Below are positions 8,996-18,827 of a stretch of 44,120 bases of DNA, piece by piece (within the stretch, counting starts at the first letter, position 1; every line of letters begins with the position of its first letter). The position numbers were made by a program, and so were the translations under genes. The DNA comes from a virus (lineage: Duplodnaviria; Caudoviricetes), in IMG/VR virus record IMGVR_UViG_3300025732_000079, positions 1 through 44,120 of that record; one strand, written 5' to 3'. The notes under the pieces were generated by a model. That model was given only the letters and a program-made list of their open reading frames with translations. It had not been told where the DNA came from and searched no databases.

Positions 8996-11542
8996 ATGGC
9001 AACACGACCCATTCTGACCGTTAAGAAGCCTGTGGTTTCTAAAGCGCCGATAACCTCCCGAGTAACGCGCCCGGCCGTGACTCGACCTGCCGCTCCTGCG
9101 GTAAGCCGCCCCGTGCTTACAAAACCGGCTGTGTCCTCAGTGGCAAAGCCCCCGATCACAAGGCCTGTCGCTACAAAGCCCCCCGCCACCAAGACCGCCA
9201 TTACCAAGCCTGTCGTCACAAAACCGGTGGTCACAAAGCCGGTTGTGTCAAAGCCCCCGGCCACTTCCGTGACGCGCCCGATCGTTACCAAGCCCCCTGT
9301 AACCAAGCCTGTGGTGACTAAGCCAGTCGTAACCAAACCGGTTGTTACGAAGCCGGTTGTGACCAAGCCCACGGTTACAAAACCGACGGTAACCAAGCCC
9401 ACAACGCTGGCCCCCAAGATCGGCACGAGTCAGAGCGGCCGCAACGCAGCCATTGGTGCTTTGACCGGCGTGGCTGCGAATGCCCTGATCAACAAATTTA
9501 CGGGCAAGCCCACCGTTACAAAACCGGCGGTCACCAAGCCAGCGCCGATTAAGCCTGTGGCTCCGAAGCCTGCTGTCACGAGCACCGTAAAACCCACGGT
9601 TACAAAGCCGACGGTCACGAAGCCGACTGTCACGAAGCCTACCGTGACTAAACCTGCGGTAACTACGCCAGCGGTTACGAAACCCACGACGACCAAGCCA
9701 GCGGTTACTGCGCCCGCAGTTACCAAGCCAACGGTCACCAAACCAACGCTGACCAGCGCCACAACATCTACGCTGCCCTTTGGAACGGTGGCGAATGCTG
9801 ATGGAACCTTCACGCAAACGATGGACGACGGGTCAACTTTGACCTATGACAGCAGTGGCAGGGTTATCGGCTCAACAGAGGCGACCGATACCGTGACAGT
9901 TGCTGGGACAGACACCGGAACCGATACCGGCGGCACTCGTGGGCTCGGCGGCGGAGAAACCGGTGACGATGTTGATGACACCGGAGTCGACACCGGAGTT
10001 GATACGGGAGTTGACCTGTCCGGTCTTGACACAACGCCTGGTTATTACCAAGACGACTACGGCAATGTGTACGACGAGAACGGCGATTTGGTATATGACG
10101 CCTACTCCGATCTGTACGGCAGTGATACCTATTCTGATGACTCTATGGTTGACATGGGCGAAGAGGTCACTGACGACACAACTGATTACACGGAAGACAC
10201 GGAAGACACCGACTACACAGACTACACCGACTACACCGACGAGCCCCCGGGAGAAAAGAACGGCGGCTTGATCAGTTTGCTCTACAAGGACGGTGGCGGC
10301 GTCAAGATGGCCGCCGGTGGTTGGGTGGATATGGGCGGCGGCCAAGTTGCTTACGACCACGGTGACGGCACCTACGATGTGTATGACGCCGACAGCAGCA
10401 CCTTCCTGTACACCGCAAACCAGGAAGAAGAGCCTCTTGCCGGAGAAGAAATCAATCAGGTGTTTGGTGAAGATGAAACATCCGATGAAGAGACCGATCA
10501 AGAGTACGACCTAAACGCCGGCCGCACCGCGATGGAAGACGGCACCTACATGGAGACGGACGAACAGGGCGTTCAGTATTACTTTGATGACCAGGGTAAT
10601 TGGCTGTACTCCACAAACCCGAACGGCGAGTTGACCGCTGCTGCTGGCTCCGATGGCCAGCCGGTCTACTACGACCAGCAAGGCAACACAACGATCGGCA
10701 TGCCAGGCCGTGGGCAATTCGACTTGAGGCGCGCTGTTGATCCTTTGTTGCGTGACCAGCAGCAAGACGGCGGCGGAATTCTGAATACCTTGCGAGGCGC
10801 TATCGGCGGGGATAGTGGCGTCATCTCCGGTGCCCTTGGTGCGCTGATGGGCAGCCTGGCCAGCAGGGGCGCAGATGCTGGCGTCAACCAAGGTGTGGAC
10901 ATGTCCGAACTGGCGGCTATGCAAAGCGCCCCCAGTGGATCTGGTCTTTCCGTTGGCGGCGCCCGTGGGGACGGGATGTATGTGCCTTACGAGCAGTACG
11001 CATTCTGGAACCCAGATAACCAGGGCCAGTTGTACTCTGACCTTGGCGTGTCTGGGTTTGTTCCGACCTACGAGCAGGCCCCGCAGGAGGAGTATCAAGA
11101 GGAGCCCCAAGGGGAGGCCCAAGAGAACGAGGCGCCCCAGTTTGCTGACGGCGGCTCTACCTACTTCACCTATGGCAAGTCGATCCGTCCCGAGGACAAT
11201 CTGGGGATGAAGCGGGGCGGTTTGTCTCAGGCCCACACCGTACACAGCCACCACACCAATCCGATGGTTCAGGGGCGGATTGACTTCCGTCAGGGCTCTG
11301 CTGTGAACGGCGCGGGGGACGGGCAGTCGGACGACATCCCGGCAATGTTGGCTGACGGCGAATATGTGATTGACGCCGACACCGTGGCTCAATTGGGCAA
11401 CGGCTCCAATAAGGCCGGGGCAAAGATTCTGGACAAGTTCCGCGAGGAGATTCGCTCTCACAAGCGGTCGGCTCCGGTCAACAAAATTCCGCCGAAATCC
11501 AAGTCTGCTTTGGCATACCTCAAGGAGGCCATGAATGGCTGA
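8996..11542 (+). CDS. Large low-complexity candidate internal virion protein
   Basis: 848 aa; KPxVT repeats, acidic middle, C-terminal GAGDGQSDDIPAMLADGEYV motif resembling that of tape-measure/internal proteins. Confidence 0.8.
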   Translation: MATRPILTVKKPVVSKAPITSRVTRPAVTRPAAPAVSRPVLTKPAVSSVAKPPITRPVATKPPATKTAITKPVVTKPVVTKPVVSKPPATSVTRPIVTKPPVTKPVVTKPVVTKPVVTKPVVTKPTVTKPTVTKPTTLAPKIGTSQSGRNAAIGALTGVAANALINKFTGKPTVTKPAVTKPAPIKPVAPKPAVTSTVKPTVTKPTVTKPTVTKPTVTKPAVTTPAVTKPTTTKPAVTAPAVTKPTVTKPTLTSATTSTLPFGTVANADGTFTQTMDDGSTLTYDSSGRVIGSTEATDTVTVAGTDTGTDTGGTRGLGGGETGDDVDDTGVDTGVDTGVDLSGLDTTPGYYQDDYGNVYDENGDLVYDAYSDLYGSDTYSDDSMVDMGEEVTDDTTDYTEDTEDTDYTDYTDYTDEPPGEKNGGLISLLYKDGGGVKMAAGGWVDMGGGQVAYDHGDGTYDVYDADSSTFLYTANQEEEPLAGEEINQVFGEDETSDEETDQEYDLNAGRTAMEDGTYMETDEQGVQYYFDDQGNWLYSTNPNGELTAAAGSDGQPVYYDQQGNTTIGMPGRGQFDLRRAVDPLLRDQQQDGGGILNTLRGAIGGDSGVISGALGALMGSLASRGADAGVNQGVDMSELAAMQSAPSGSGLSVGGARGDGMYVPYEQYAFWNPDNQGQLYSDLGVSGFVPTYEQAPQEEYQEEPQGEAQENEAPQFADGGSTYFTYGKSIRPEDNLGMKRGGLSQAHTVHSHHTNPMVQGRIDFRQGSAVNGAGDGQSDDIPAMLADGEYVIDADTVAQLGNGSNKAGAKILDKFREEIRSHKRSAPVNKIPPKSKSALAYLKEAMNG
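9116..9752 (+). repeat. Degenerate 15-bp coding repeat (pentapeptide KP[VTA]VT, roughly 30 copies)
   Basis: Visible in translation; synonymous codons vary between units. Confidence 0.9.
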
Positions 11543-12539
11543 TCTATTCCAAGGTTCCGCACTCCCGGCAACCGTATCGACCACGCAGGCTCAGGAGACC
11601 GCTCCTGAGTTCTATTCCAACTATCTGCAAGACATCGCAAGTCTTGGGCAGCAGGCCGTCCAGCAGGCTGGTGTTGCGGGGTTCAGTCCCTTGCAGCAGC
11701 AAGCCCTCCAGATGGCTCCTGCGCTGTCCTTTGCGGGCTCTGGCACCCTTGGCCAGGCCGCAGGGTTGGCTGGTGCTGCGGGCACCACCATGACCCCGGA
11801 CATCCTCCAGGGCTACATGAACCCGTATCAGTCGGCGGTCGTCGATGAGATGGGGCGGCTGACCCAGCGCAATGTCATGGAGAATGTGATGCCCGCCCTC
11901 GGTGGTGCCGCAGCAGCCTCCGGGCAGTTTGGCTCTAAGCGTCAAGCGGACATCACTGGCCAAACCCTGCGAGACATCCAGGCCGATCTGTTGGGGCGTC
12001 AGTATGGTGCTCTTCAGTCTGGTTATGACGCTGCCACCAAGGCCGCGCAGCAAGACTTGCAGCGCCAACTCCAGTCGGGGCAGGCTCTTGAGAACATTGG
12101 CCAGCAGCAATACCAGGTTGGAACCGGGGGCCTGAATCAGTTGTTTGGCATGGGTGCCAAGGAGCAGCAGTTGGGCCAGACCATGATGGACTATCCAATG
12201 GCTGTGGCGCAGAACTATGCCAAGTTGTTTGGAACGCCGAACATCCCGATGGGCAGGACGACCCAAACGGTGGCCCCGGGACAGCAGGGCCAATACGGCT
12301 TGAGTGGGCTCCAGCAGATCGCCACCCTGGCGGGCGTGTTGAGCGCCATGAACAAGGGTGAGGTGCCCAACATCTCCGGTGCTCTGGTTCAGCCTCAAGC
12401 CGGACAGGCATCTGTGGCCGGTAGCGGAAGAAAAGCCGGTGGCTCTATTCGCATGGCAGGCGGCGGCACTCCGACCAACGCTGCCTACCATGACGGGCAG
12501 GGCAACTATTACGACCAAGACGGCTACCTAGTGGGGTAA
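11535..12539 (+). CDS. Candidate DNA ejection / internal virion protein
   Basis: Gln/Ala/Gly-rich; VAGFSPLQQQA, YMNPY and GQFGSKRQ motifs typical of podovirus ejection proteins. Confidence 0.7.
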   Translation: MADLFQGSALPATVSTTQAQETAPEFYSNYLQDIASLGQQAVQQAGVAGFSPLQQQALQMAPALSFAGSGTLGQAAGLAGAAGTTMTPDILQGYMNPYQSAVVDEMGRLTQRNVMENVMPALGGAAAASGQFGSKRQADITGQTLRDIQADLLGRQYGALQSGYDAATKAAQQDLQRQLQSGQALENIGQQQYQVGTGGLNQLFGMGAKEQQLGQTMMDYPMAVAQNYAKLFGTPNIPMGRTTQTVAPGQQGQYGLSGLQQIATLAGVLSAMNKGEVPNISGALVQPQAGQASVAGSGRKAGGSIRMAGGGTPTNAAYHDGQGNYYDQDGYLVG

Positions 12540-12541
12540 TC

Positions 12542-14173
12542 ATGGCAACTCAACAACCCGGTGGCGGCCTGAACCAGATGGCGCAGCAGCCTGCAAAGGC
12601 CCCTGACACTTCGACTATTGCTGCGGCGCAGATCGTCCCTGAGACCCAGGGCTTTGATGTCAACCGCGAGATGGCTAACCTCGCTCAAGGGCGGGCAGAA
12701 CTTGACGCGCAGATCAGAAAGATGCAGGAGGCCCTAGCGCGGCGTCAGCAGTTGTCTGTAGACCCGCGCATGGCTGCGTTTACCTATGCGATGTCTCAGC
12801 CGACGAAGACCGGTAGCGCCTTCGAGGCGATCGGCTCTGGGCTGGGCGCGTACAGCAAGGCCGAGTTGGAAGATGTAAACAGACAGTCCGAGTTCGACAA
12901 GATGAACTTGGAGTTGTTGGCCAAGCGTCAGCAACTGCAACAGCAGATGGCCGGCCAGTCTCTGCTCAACACGATGTACGGCGGCGGCCCAGAAACCATC
13001 ACGCCGATGTCTACCCAGGCCGCATCTATGACTCCCGTGGCGGGCGCCGCTCCCGGCGTTGCCACTGCTCCTCCGGGATATAGCCAGTTCCGCCCGATTA
13101 CCGAGCGTGACTTGATGTTGGCAAGGCAGATCGATCCAGAATCTGAAAAGTTCTTGATGGAGTTGCGCCGGACTCAGATCGAGGCGCAGAAGGCTGCGGC
13201 GGCTGGGTACACCAAAATCAAGATTCCGCAAACCGACGAAGAGGTCAATGTTCCTATCGAGATCGCGTCGCGGTACTTCGAGACGGCCAAGCAGGCGGCC
13301 CTGAAAAATGACCCGCAACTTCTGATCCGATTCATGGCCGAGAACGGCATGATTGCGGCTACCCGCAAGCCTGGTTCTACTGAGTACGAAATGCCCAAGT
13401 CCGCTTCAGAGCGGGCGGCCGAGCGCGAGGGCATGACCGAGACCCAGAAGGAGCGGGCCAAGGCCTCAGAACTGCGCGGCAATCAGTTGCTACAGCGCGG
13501 TGAGAATGCTCCGATGATGGAGGGTCTTGCTCAGGATGTACTTAGTCTTGCTGATACAAACTCTCGCGCCTTTGACCTCATGCTTGATCCAACGGTCAAA
13601 GACTCAGTGCTTCGCGCCATCGAGCAGGGCGCAAGCATCACTGCTGGGCCAATGACGGTGGCAATCAACCTGCCTGTGCGCACCGCACAGGGCTACAAGT
13701 TGACCAAGGAAGACATCAAGGCGCTGCAACTCTTCCAACAGAAACAGTCGGCGATCACGGCAGAAATGCGCAAGATCAGCCGCACCCCGGGAGAGGGCGC
13801 GACCGACCGCGCAGAGGGCCAGTTGTATGCGGCTATCGGCGTGTTGCCGACGGATTCGGCGCAAGTGCTTGCAATGAAGTCCGAGGCCATCATCCGCAAG
13901 GCTCAGTACGATGCGGCGGCTGCGCAGTTGTGGGCGAAGTTCCAGAACGAAAACCCGAACAAGTCGTTCACCTACTTCCAGCACTTCAGCGACGACTACA
14001 AGCAACTCCAGAAGGACTATGTCAAGACTCTCAACGAAATCCGCGAGAGGAATGCAGACCTGCTGAGATCGACCCCGAAGGCCGCCAAGCAAGAAAAGGC
14101 TCCAGCGGCAGAGACGCCAATAGAGCAATTCAGGCGTGAAAAGGCAGCGCGTGAGAAGCAAGGGGGCCAGTAA
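12542..14173 (+). CDS. Candidate internal virion / ejection protein
   Basis: 543-aa helical protein between ejection-like genes; TAATG coupling. Confidence 0.65.
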   Translation: MATQQPGGGLNQMAQQPAKAPDTSTIAAAQIVPETQGFDVNREMANLAQGRAELDAQIRKMQEALARRQQLSVDPRMAAFTYAMSQPTKTGSAFEAIGSGLGAYSKAELEDVNRQSEFDKMNLELLAKRQQLQQQMAGQSLLNTMYGGGPETITPMSTQAASMTPVAGAAPGVATAPPGYSQFRPITERDLMLARQIDPESEKFLMELRRTQIEAQKAAAAGYTKIKIPQTDEEVNVPIEIASRYFETAKQAALKNDPQLLIRFMAENGMIAATRKPGSTEYEMPKSASERAAEREGMTETQKERAKASELRGNQLLQRGENAPMMEGLAQDVLSLADTNSRAFDLMLDPTVKDSVLRAIEQGASITAGPMTVAINLPVRTAQGYKLTKEDIKALQLFQQKQSAITAEMRKISRTPGEGATDRAEGQLYAAIGVLPTDSAQVLAMKSEAIIRKAQYDAAAAQLWAKFQNENPNKSFTYFQHFSDDYKQLQKDYVKTLNEIRERNADLLRSTPKAAKQEKAPAAETPIEQFRREKAAREKQGGQ

Positions 14174-16197
14174 TGGACTTCAAGAAACTCTCCAGGGAGC
14201 AGATGGCCATCGCCGACATGGTGGTCGCTGCTGCTGAGAAGTACGGCATCGACCCGAACCTGCTTCTAGCGCAGGCCTTCCGCGAATCAAAGTTCCAGCA
14301 CATCCCAAGTTCCGACCCCAACTCGGACGCATTCGGGGTGATGCAGATTCGCCCAAGCACTGCTGCACAGAACAAACTCGGCGACATCCGAGACCTGCAA
14401 ACGAACATCGACGCCGGTGCTCGTTTGATGCGACAGTATCTCGACCAGTACAAGAAGCCCGAAGCGGCTTTGCTGGCGTACCACCAGGGGCCCGGTGTTG
14501 CCGATGAATACATCAAGACCGGCCAACTGAAGGCTGCTGGCCCCAAGGGCTTGGACTATGTCATCGGGATCAGCGAGGCGGCTGGGCTGGCCCCTCCGTC
14601 CGAAGAGCCCCGTCCTGGTGATGTGCTGAAGCAGCCCATCCCGGGCTTGCAAAAGGTTCTAGAGACCGAGTCCGGGCCGCCCGGGCCGCCTCAAGAGGAA
14701 GTGATTCCCCCCGAGGCTGGCGCAGCCTACGGCGCTCTTGCCAATGTGGGGCTGCAATTGCTTGGTACGCCCCCGCCTGCTCCAAAGTCCACGGCAGAAG
14801 AGAAGGCGGCACTTCAGAGTGCGCGGGAAGAGTACGGCACAACGACTTCTGACATTCAGTCCAAGTTCCAGTCAGCCGAAGAGAAGGCCAACCTCAAATA
14901 CCAAGCCGCGCTCCAAGAGGCGCAAAGCAAGGTTGATCTTGCCCACCAAAAACTAGGCTTGGCTCAGGCCCGTCTTCAGCAGACTATGGAAACGCCGATG
15001 GGTATGCCTGGCGGCATGACCTACGCGCAAGCCGATGCAGATTTCCGCGCAGCCCAGCAAGAGGCAATCGCTGCGCAACAAGCCTATAGCCAGGCGCAGG
15101 CTGCGGCCAAGGCCAAGGCTCCTCCTCCTGCCGCTCCTGCCGCGCCGGAGATCATCACAGACCCCAACGCTCCCATGCAGCCGCCTCGAACGGCTGAAGC
15201 GCAAGTGTTTGAGGGCACGATTGACCCAGAGACCGGCACCACCGGCCGCCAGCGGCAGGTCTACAGCGAGGTCACCTCTTTCCAGGCCTTGCAGCGCAGG
15301 GAGCAGGAAAGGGCGCTGCGCGAAGCCCGGGAGCGCGGCCTTGTGCCGGACATCGGCGAGTCCGCCAGGTTGCAGTTTGGCGCTCCCACGGGCACCAGGT
15401 CGGGCATCTTGTTGCAGCCGCAGACCGCAGAGCCGATCAAGCAGCAAGAGGCTCTAGAGCAGCAAGCAGCAGAAGACCGGGCCGCGCAAGAGAGGCTTGC
15501 TCAAGCCCAAGAGATGGAGCGCCTCAAGCAAGAGGCCATCTTGGCCAAGCAGCGCCAGGCTCAGGCGGCTAAGGTGGCGTCCGACATCGAGCGGTTCCAC
15601 CAGCAACGGGTAAGCCGGGCACAAAGTGCAGGCGATACCGCAGTCATGCGGGCATTAGAGGCGAAAAACGCACTGCCGATCGTCCAGCAACAGGCCCAAA
15701 TTGATGCTCAACTGGTTATCGACACCGCAAACATTGCAAGAACACAGGGCTTGCAGGCCGCGCAGGAGGCCTTGCGCAAAGCAGAGCAGGCCTACCCGGG
15801 GTTCTTCGAGCGCAACATGCGCAAGTTTGAATCGATTGGAATTGCCTCAGCACCGACCGGCAAGTTTGGCCTTGGGGCGACAGGTCGGGCCATCTCCGGC
15901 GGCGTGCTTGGCACCTACGGGGCTATGTCGGTCAACGAATTGGCGCAGCGATACCAGCAGGGCGACCGCGACCCCGAGTTGCTCAAGGCGCTGGCTGCTG
16001 CAACTGCCGCAACCGCTGGGGTTGTGCCCGCCTTGGGGCCCAAGACCGCCAGGCTCAAGGGCGCCGGCCTGATGGCTGCTGTGCCCTTGATGGGATACGA
16101 TTTGGTCAAGGCCCTGTCTGAGGAAGAGGGGCGCTTGCGAATGGAAGAAGAACTCAAGCGCCGCACACAACAAGCCAAGAGTGTTGCGGCCCCCTGA
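14173..16197 (+). CDS. Virion-associated lytic transglycosylase (SLT domain) ejection protein
   Basis: AEKYGIDP...RES, GVMQ, NIDAGARLM, ALLAYHQG motifs at N-terminus; long coiled coil. Confidence 0.85.
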   Translation: MDFKKLSREQMAIADMVVAAAEKYGIDPNLLLAQAFRESKFQHIPSSDPNSDAFGVMQIRPSTAAQNKLGDIRDLQTNIDAGARLMRQYLDQYKKPEAALLAYHQGPGVADEYIKTGQLKAAGPKGLDYVIGISEAAGLAPPSEEPRPGDVLKQPIPGLQKVLETESGPPGPPQEEVIPPEAGAAYGALANVGLQLLGTPPPAPKSTAEEKAALQSAREEYGTTTSDIQSKFQSAEEKANLKYQAALQEAQSKVDLAHQKLGLAQARLQQTMETPMGMPGGMTYAQADADFRAAQQEAIAAQQAYSQAQAAAKAKAPPPAAPAAPEIITDPNAPMQPPRTAEAQVFEGTIDPETGTTGRQRQVYSEVTSFQALQRREQERALREARERGLVPDIGESARLQFGAPTGTRSGILLQPQTAEPIKQQEALEQQAAEDRAAQERLAQAQEMERLKQEAILAKQRQAQAAKVASDIERFHQQRVSRAQSAGDTAVMRALEAKNALPIVQQQAQIDAQLVIDTANIARTQGLQAAQEALRKAEQAYPGFFERNMRKFESIGIASAPTGKFGLGATGRAISGGVLGTYGAMSVNELAQRYQQGDRDPELLKALAAATAATAGVVPALGPKTARLKGAGLMAAVPLMGYDLVKALSEEEGRLRMEEELKRRTQQAKSVAAP

Positions 16198-16219
16198 TTG
16201 GTGATGGCAGTTGCCAATT

Positions 16220-16246
16220 TGCCCCGCTTCGGTGGGGCATTTTTTT
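16220..16246 (+). terminator. Rho-independent terminator at convergence point
   Basis: TGCCCCGC-TTCG-GTGGGGCA followed by T7, between convergent operons. Confidence 0.85.
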
Positions 16247-16478
16247 AGGCGTTGCCCTGTGTGTGGAGCAGCAGCAGCGCCATGCGCTGGTGGGCTTGCT
16301 CGGTTTCTTCTACGCCAGCATCAAAGCCGCACTGGAAGGCGGCCATGATGAACTTGGCTATGTAGCACTCATCGGACTCGCTGCCGCTGTCAAACTCCGA
16401 GGCCAACTTACGGACGACATGCATGTCAATCTCGAAGTTGCCCTCGGCGTTTTTGGACAAGGCCTTCCAGATGATCAT
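16245..16478 (-). CDS. Hypothetical protein
   Basis: ATG at 16478 overlaps upstream TGA (ATGA coupling). Confidence 0.7.
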   Translation of the reverse strand: MIIWKALSKNAEGNFEIDMHVVRKLASEFDSGSESDECYIAKFIMAAFQCGFDAGVEETEQAHQRMALLLLHTQGNA

Positions 16479-16693
16479 GGGCGTTGGTTGTCGAGTGAGC
16501 GTGCAACCTCTGGGTTCATGTCGGCCACAATCTTGACGCACCGCTGGTGCTCTTCCTTGGCCGCCTCGATGCGCACGACTGCCTCGATATTAGTGGCGAA
16601 CTGGATGATGTCAACCTCATCGGCCATCACCGCATTCTTCCTCGGGCGGTCGGATTGAAAAAAGATTTGCTTGATCAGTTCTTCATTCAGCAT
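16475..16693 (-). CDS. Hypothetical protein
   Basis: MLNEELIKQIFF...; overlaps neighbours in a coupled leftward operon. Confidence 0.7.
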   Translation of the reverse strand: MLNEELIKQIFFQSDRPRKNAVMADEVDIIQFATNIEAVVRIEAAKEEHQRCVKIVADMNPEVARSLDNQRP

Positions 16694-16895
16694 TTTTCGC
16701 GTTCCACAGTTGCCAGTTGATGATGGAATTTTTCGCAATGACCCGCTGGGGGCCGCTGCGATATGTATTAAGGTCGCTGTCAAGAAATTGCTCGATAACA
16801 TCCGAATGCTTTAGGAATTCTTCGTGGCGGCTGGCCTGCACCTCCGTCTCAAACAGGGTGCCGTCACTGGTTTGGTAGGCTTTGACGGGCTTCAT
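16683..16895 (-). CDS. Hypothetical protein
   Basis: 70 aa, AYQTSDGTLFET motif; ATGA coupling. Confidence 0.75.
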   Translation of the reverse strand: MKPVKAYQTSDGTLFETEVQASRHEEFLKHSDVIEQFLDSDLNTYRSGPQRVIAKNSIINWQLWNAKNAE

Positions 16896-17647
16896 TTGTG
16901 CTGGTTCTTCATTTGCCAGAACGACAACAGCGCGACGAACATCTTCCAGCCCCGCTCAAGGTCGGCCTGATCCCACTCTAGAACCTTCACAAGGCCGGGG
17001 ACGCTGCGGCTGACAAAGACATTCGCGCACCGCGCCGTAGGCATGGCCAGGCCAACCCGGTACGCTGAGAGTTGCATCAGGTGCTCGTCATACCCTTCGA
17101 TCTTGTCGTCGGGCCCGAAGTCTTTGGTCTTGACATCGGCCACGATGTTCTGGACGTGCAGGTCAACCTTGCCGCCGAACCCAAGTTCATGCCCGAAGGC
17201 CCGCTCAGAAACCCACGCCTGGTGGCCAAAATGCGCCTGTAAGGCGTCAACGCATCCCCGGACATGGTCTTGGTGCCGGTCGTTCGATTGGCCCTCATAG
17301 AAGGCCTGTATCGAAGCGTGGATGTCGGTTCCAAGGTCAGCAGCCGAGCGACCCTGTTCCTTGGAATCCTCCATGATCCTGGCGATCCAGTCGTCCTCGG
17401 ACTCAATCGGCCGGCGGGGGAGCGTCAGCGCCGCTAGGAGCACTTGCTTTTGCAGCCACTGGGTCAGGGCTGGTTTGGCGGCCACATTCAAGATGGTCGT
17501 CACAGAGGGGACAAGCCCCTCCTTTCTTGCATCTCGAAGCGTGGTGTTGCGCTCCTTGCCGTTGACGCCCATCACCGTGTAGCGAGGGACGCCGTCCCGG
17601 GTGTACCAGTGGTTTCCCTCGCTGGCGCGGGTTTCTTTAGCAATCAT
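16892..17647 (-). CDS. PD-(D/E)XK superfamily exonuclease
   Basis: PSVTTIL, GTDIH, E...GGKVD...DVKT, QLSAY motifs. Confidence 0.85.
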   Translation of the reverse strand: MIAKETRASEGNHWYTRDGVPRYTVMGVNGKERNTTLRDARKEGLVPSVTTILNVAAKPALTQWLQKQVLLAALTLPRRPIESEDDWIARIMEDSKEQGRSAADLGTDIHASIQAFYEGQSNDRHQDHVRGCVDALQAHFGHQAWVSERAFGHELGFGGKVDLHVQNIVADVKTKDFGPDDKIEGYDEHLMQLSAYRVGLAMPTARCANVFVSRSVPGLVKVLEWDQADLERGWKMFVALLSFWQMKNQHK

Positions 17648-17669
17648 GCGGTTTCTTCTCGGTTAAAGG

Positions 17670-18335
17670 TCAGAACGGCAGGTCGTCTTCCATGTCGGTC
17701 AAGCCTTCCTTTTGCCGGGCGATCCTGTCGGCACCGGCTCGGTTCTCGTTGGCCTCATAGTCGTATCGCTGCCACTCGGGGGACTCTTTGATCTTGCCCT
17801 TGAGCCAGTCGCTGAAGGTCTCGAACAGCGCCATGTCGGGGCTGTCGATGTCAAAGATGTCGGTCTTATTGAACCCTTCCGGGAGCCCGGCTTGCTTCAT
17901 CTTGGCCGGAACCGGGTTGATGCCCACGATGTTGGTGTAGACCTTCTGGTTGTCGCCCAGAGTCTCCTGTACCGACAGCATGGCCCAACTGCCAAGAATG
18001 TTCTTGAGTTCAAACCCATCGAGTTCCTGGCGCGTGAAGTCGCGGCTTCGCCAGGCGGCAAGGTCTTTGCGCAGCCGGGACTCCGGGTTCAGCGACAGGG
18101 TGTAGTTCTTCGAGATCGTCATCGGCTCGCCCTTGGAGGTCACCAAGGCCTTGCCGTCGCTGTCTTCGCCATGCACCTCGAAGAAGACCATGATCTTGTG
18201 CTGTTGCTTGGATACGCCCTTCCACTCGCTGGTCTGGGTTCCAAGGTCAACAACCCGGTAGCACCGCGCAAGGTGCATGCCCGGGGGCACCGGCTTAAAA
18301 GAAGATGCTGCGCCATCTCTCGCTATCAAACTCAT
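17670..18335 (-). CDS. ssDNA-binding-like replication/recombination protein
   Basis: GMHLARCYRVVDLGTQ N-terminus; acidic SSB-like tail DDLPF; next to exonuclease. Confidence 0.7.
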   Translation of the reverse strand: MSLIARDGAASSFKPVPPGMHLARCYRVVDLGTQTSEWKGVSKQQHKIMVFFEVHGEDSDGKALVTSKGEPMTISKNYTLSLNPESRLRKDLAAWRSRDFTRQELDGFELKNILGSWAMLSVQETLGDNQKVYTNIVGINPVPAKMKQAGLPEGFNKTDIFDIDSPDMALFETFSDWLKGKIKESPEWQRYDYEANENRAGADRIARQKEGLTDMEDDLPF

Positions 18336-18499
18336 GCTTCGCTCCTAGTTTCAAAGGTTTGACTCCTGGGCATCCCGCACTCCTGCCGGATCACAACCCA
18401 GTCGTCCTCGGTGGCAGTGCCAGACTCGGCCCTTTGAAGAGCCTCCTCAAGCATCTGCATTCTTTCCAGCATTGCCTGCTGTGCTTCGCTGTCGTTCAT
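18332..18499 (-). CDS. Hypothetical protein, first gene of leftward operon
   Basis: ATG 18499 preceded by GGAG; coupled to downstream gene. Confidence 0.7.
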   Translation of the reverse strand: MNDSEAQQAMLERMQMLEEALQRAESGTATEDDWVVIRQECGMPRSQTFETRSEA

Positions 18500-18527
18500 T
18501 GCTGACTCCGTGGTTAAACGGCAGGCC

Positions 18528-18589
18528 ACTGTATCATGTTTAACCCCAGGATACAACCCCCTTGCAATTGGATTGGGTTTGTGTATGAT
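18528..18589. promoter_or_regulatory. Back-to-back divergent sigma70 promoters
   Basis: Plus: TTGCAA(18562)-16-TATGAT; minus: TTGTAT-17-TACAGT (18556 to 18528). Confidence 0.65.
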
Positions 18590-18617
18590 GTGCTTAAACC
18601 ACGCAGAAGGAGCGTTG

Positions 18618-18827
18618 ATGAACTTGAGGCAATACTTTGATGGCAAGTCGCGGGGGGCTCAGGTCGAGTTAGCCCGCCAGTGCGGCATCAGCAAGACTTG
18701 GATGAACCTGTTGGTGTCGGGCCGGGAGGTGCCTTCTGCCGGGCTGGCGCTGATGATTGAGAAGTTCACCAAGGGCGCGGTGACGCGCAAGACGCTGCGG
18801 CCAGACCTTTTTGGAGACATCAAGTGA
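18618..18827 (+). CDS. Cro/YdaS-like HTH regulator
   Basis: AGGAG RBS; QVELARQCGISKTWMN HTH; TKGAVTRKTLRPDLF C-terminus. Confidence 0.85.
   Translation: MNLRQYFDGKSRGAQVELARQCGISKTWMNLLVSGREVPSAGLALMIEKFTKGAVTRKTLRPDLFGDIK

Noticed and set aside
9116-9752. Regular 15-bp periodicity resembling a CRISPR or satellite array
   Set aside because: No spacers, and variation falls at synonymous positions; it is a coding peptide repeat
8557-12518. Long minus-strand ORFs (8557..9426, 10511..11584, 11544..12518) and similar ones opposite ardC, portal and MCP
   Set aside because: Shadow frames of GC-rich or repetitive plus-strand genes; no RBS and no protein-like motifs
16892-17647. Cas4-like nuclease as evidence of a CRISPR system
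   Set aside because: No Fe-S cysteine cluster evident, no array; context is a recombination operon
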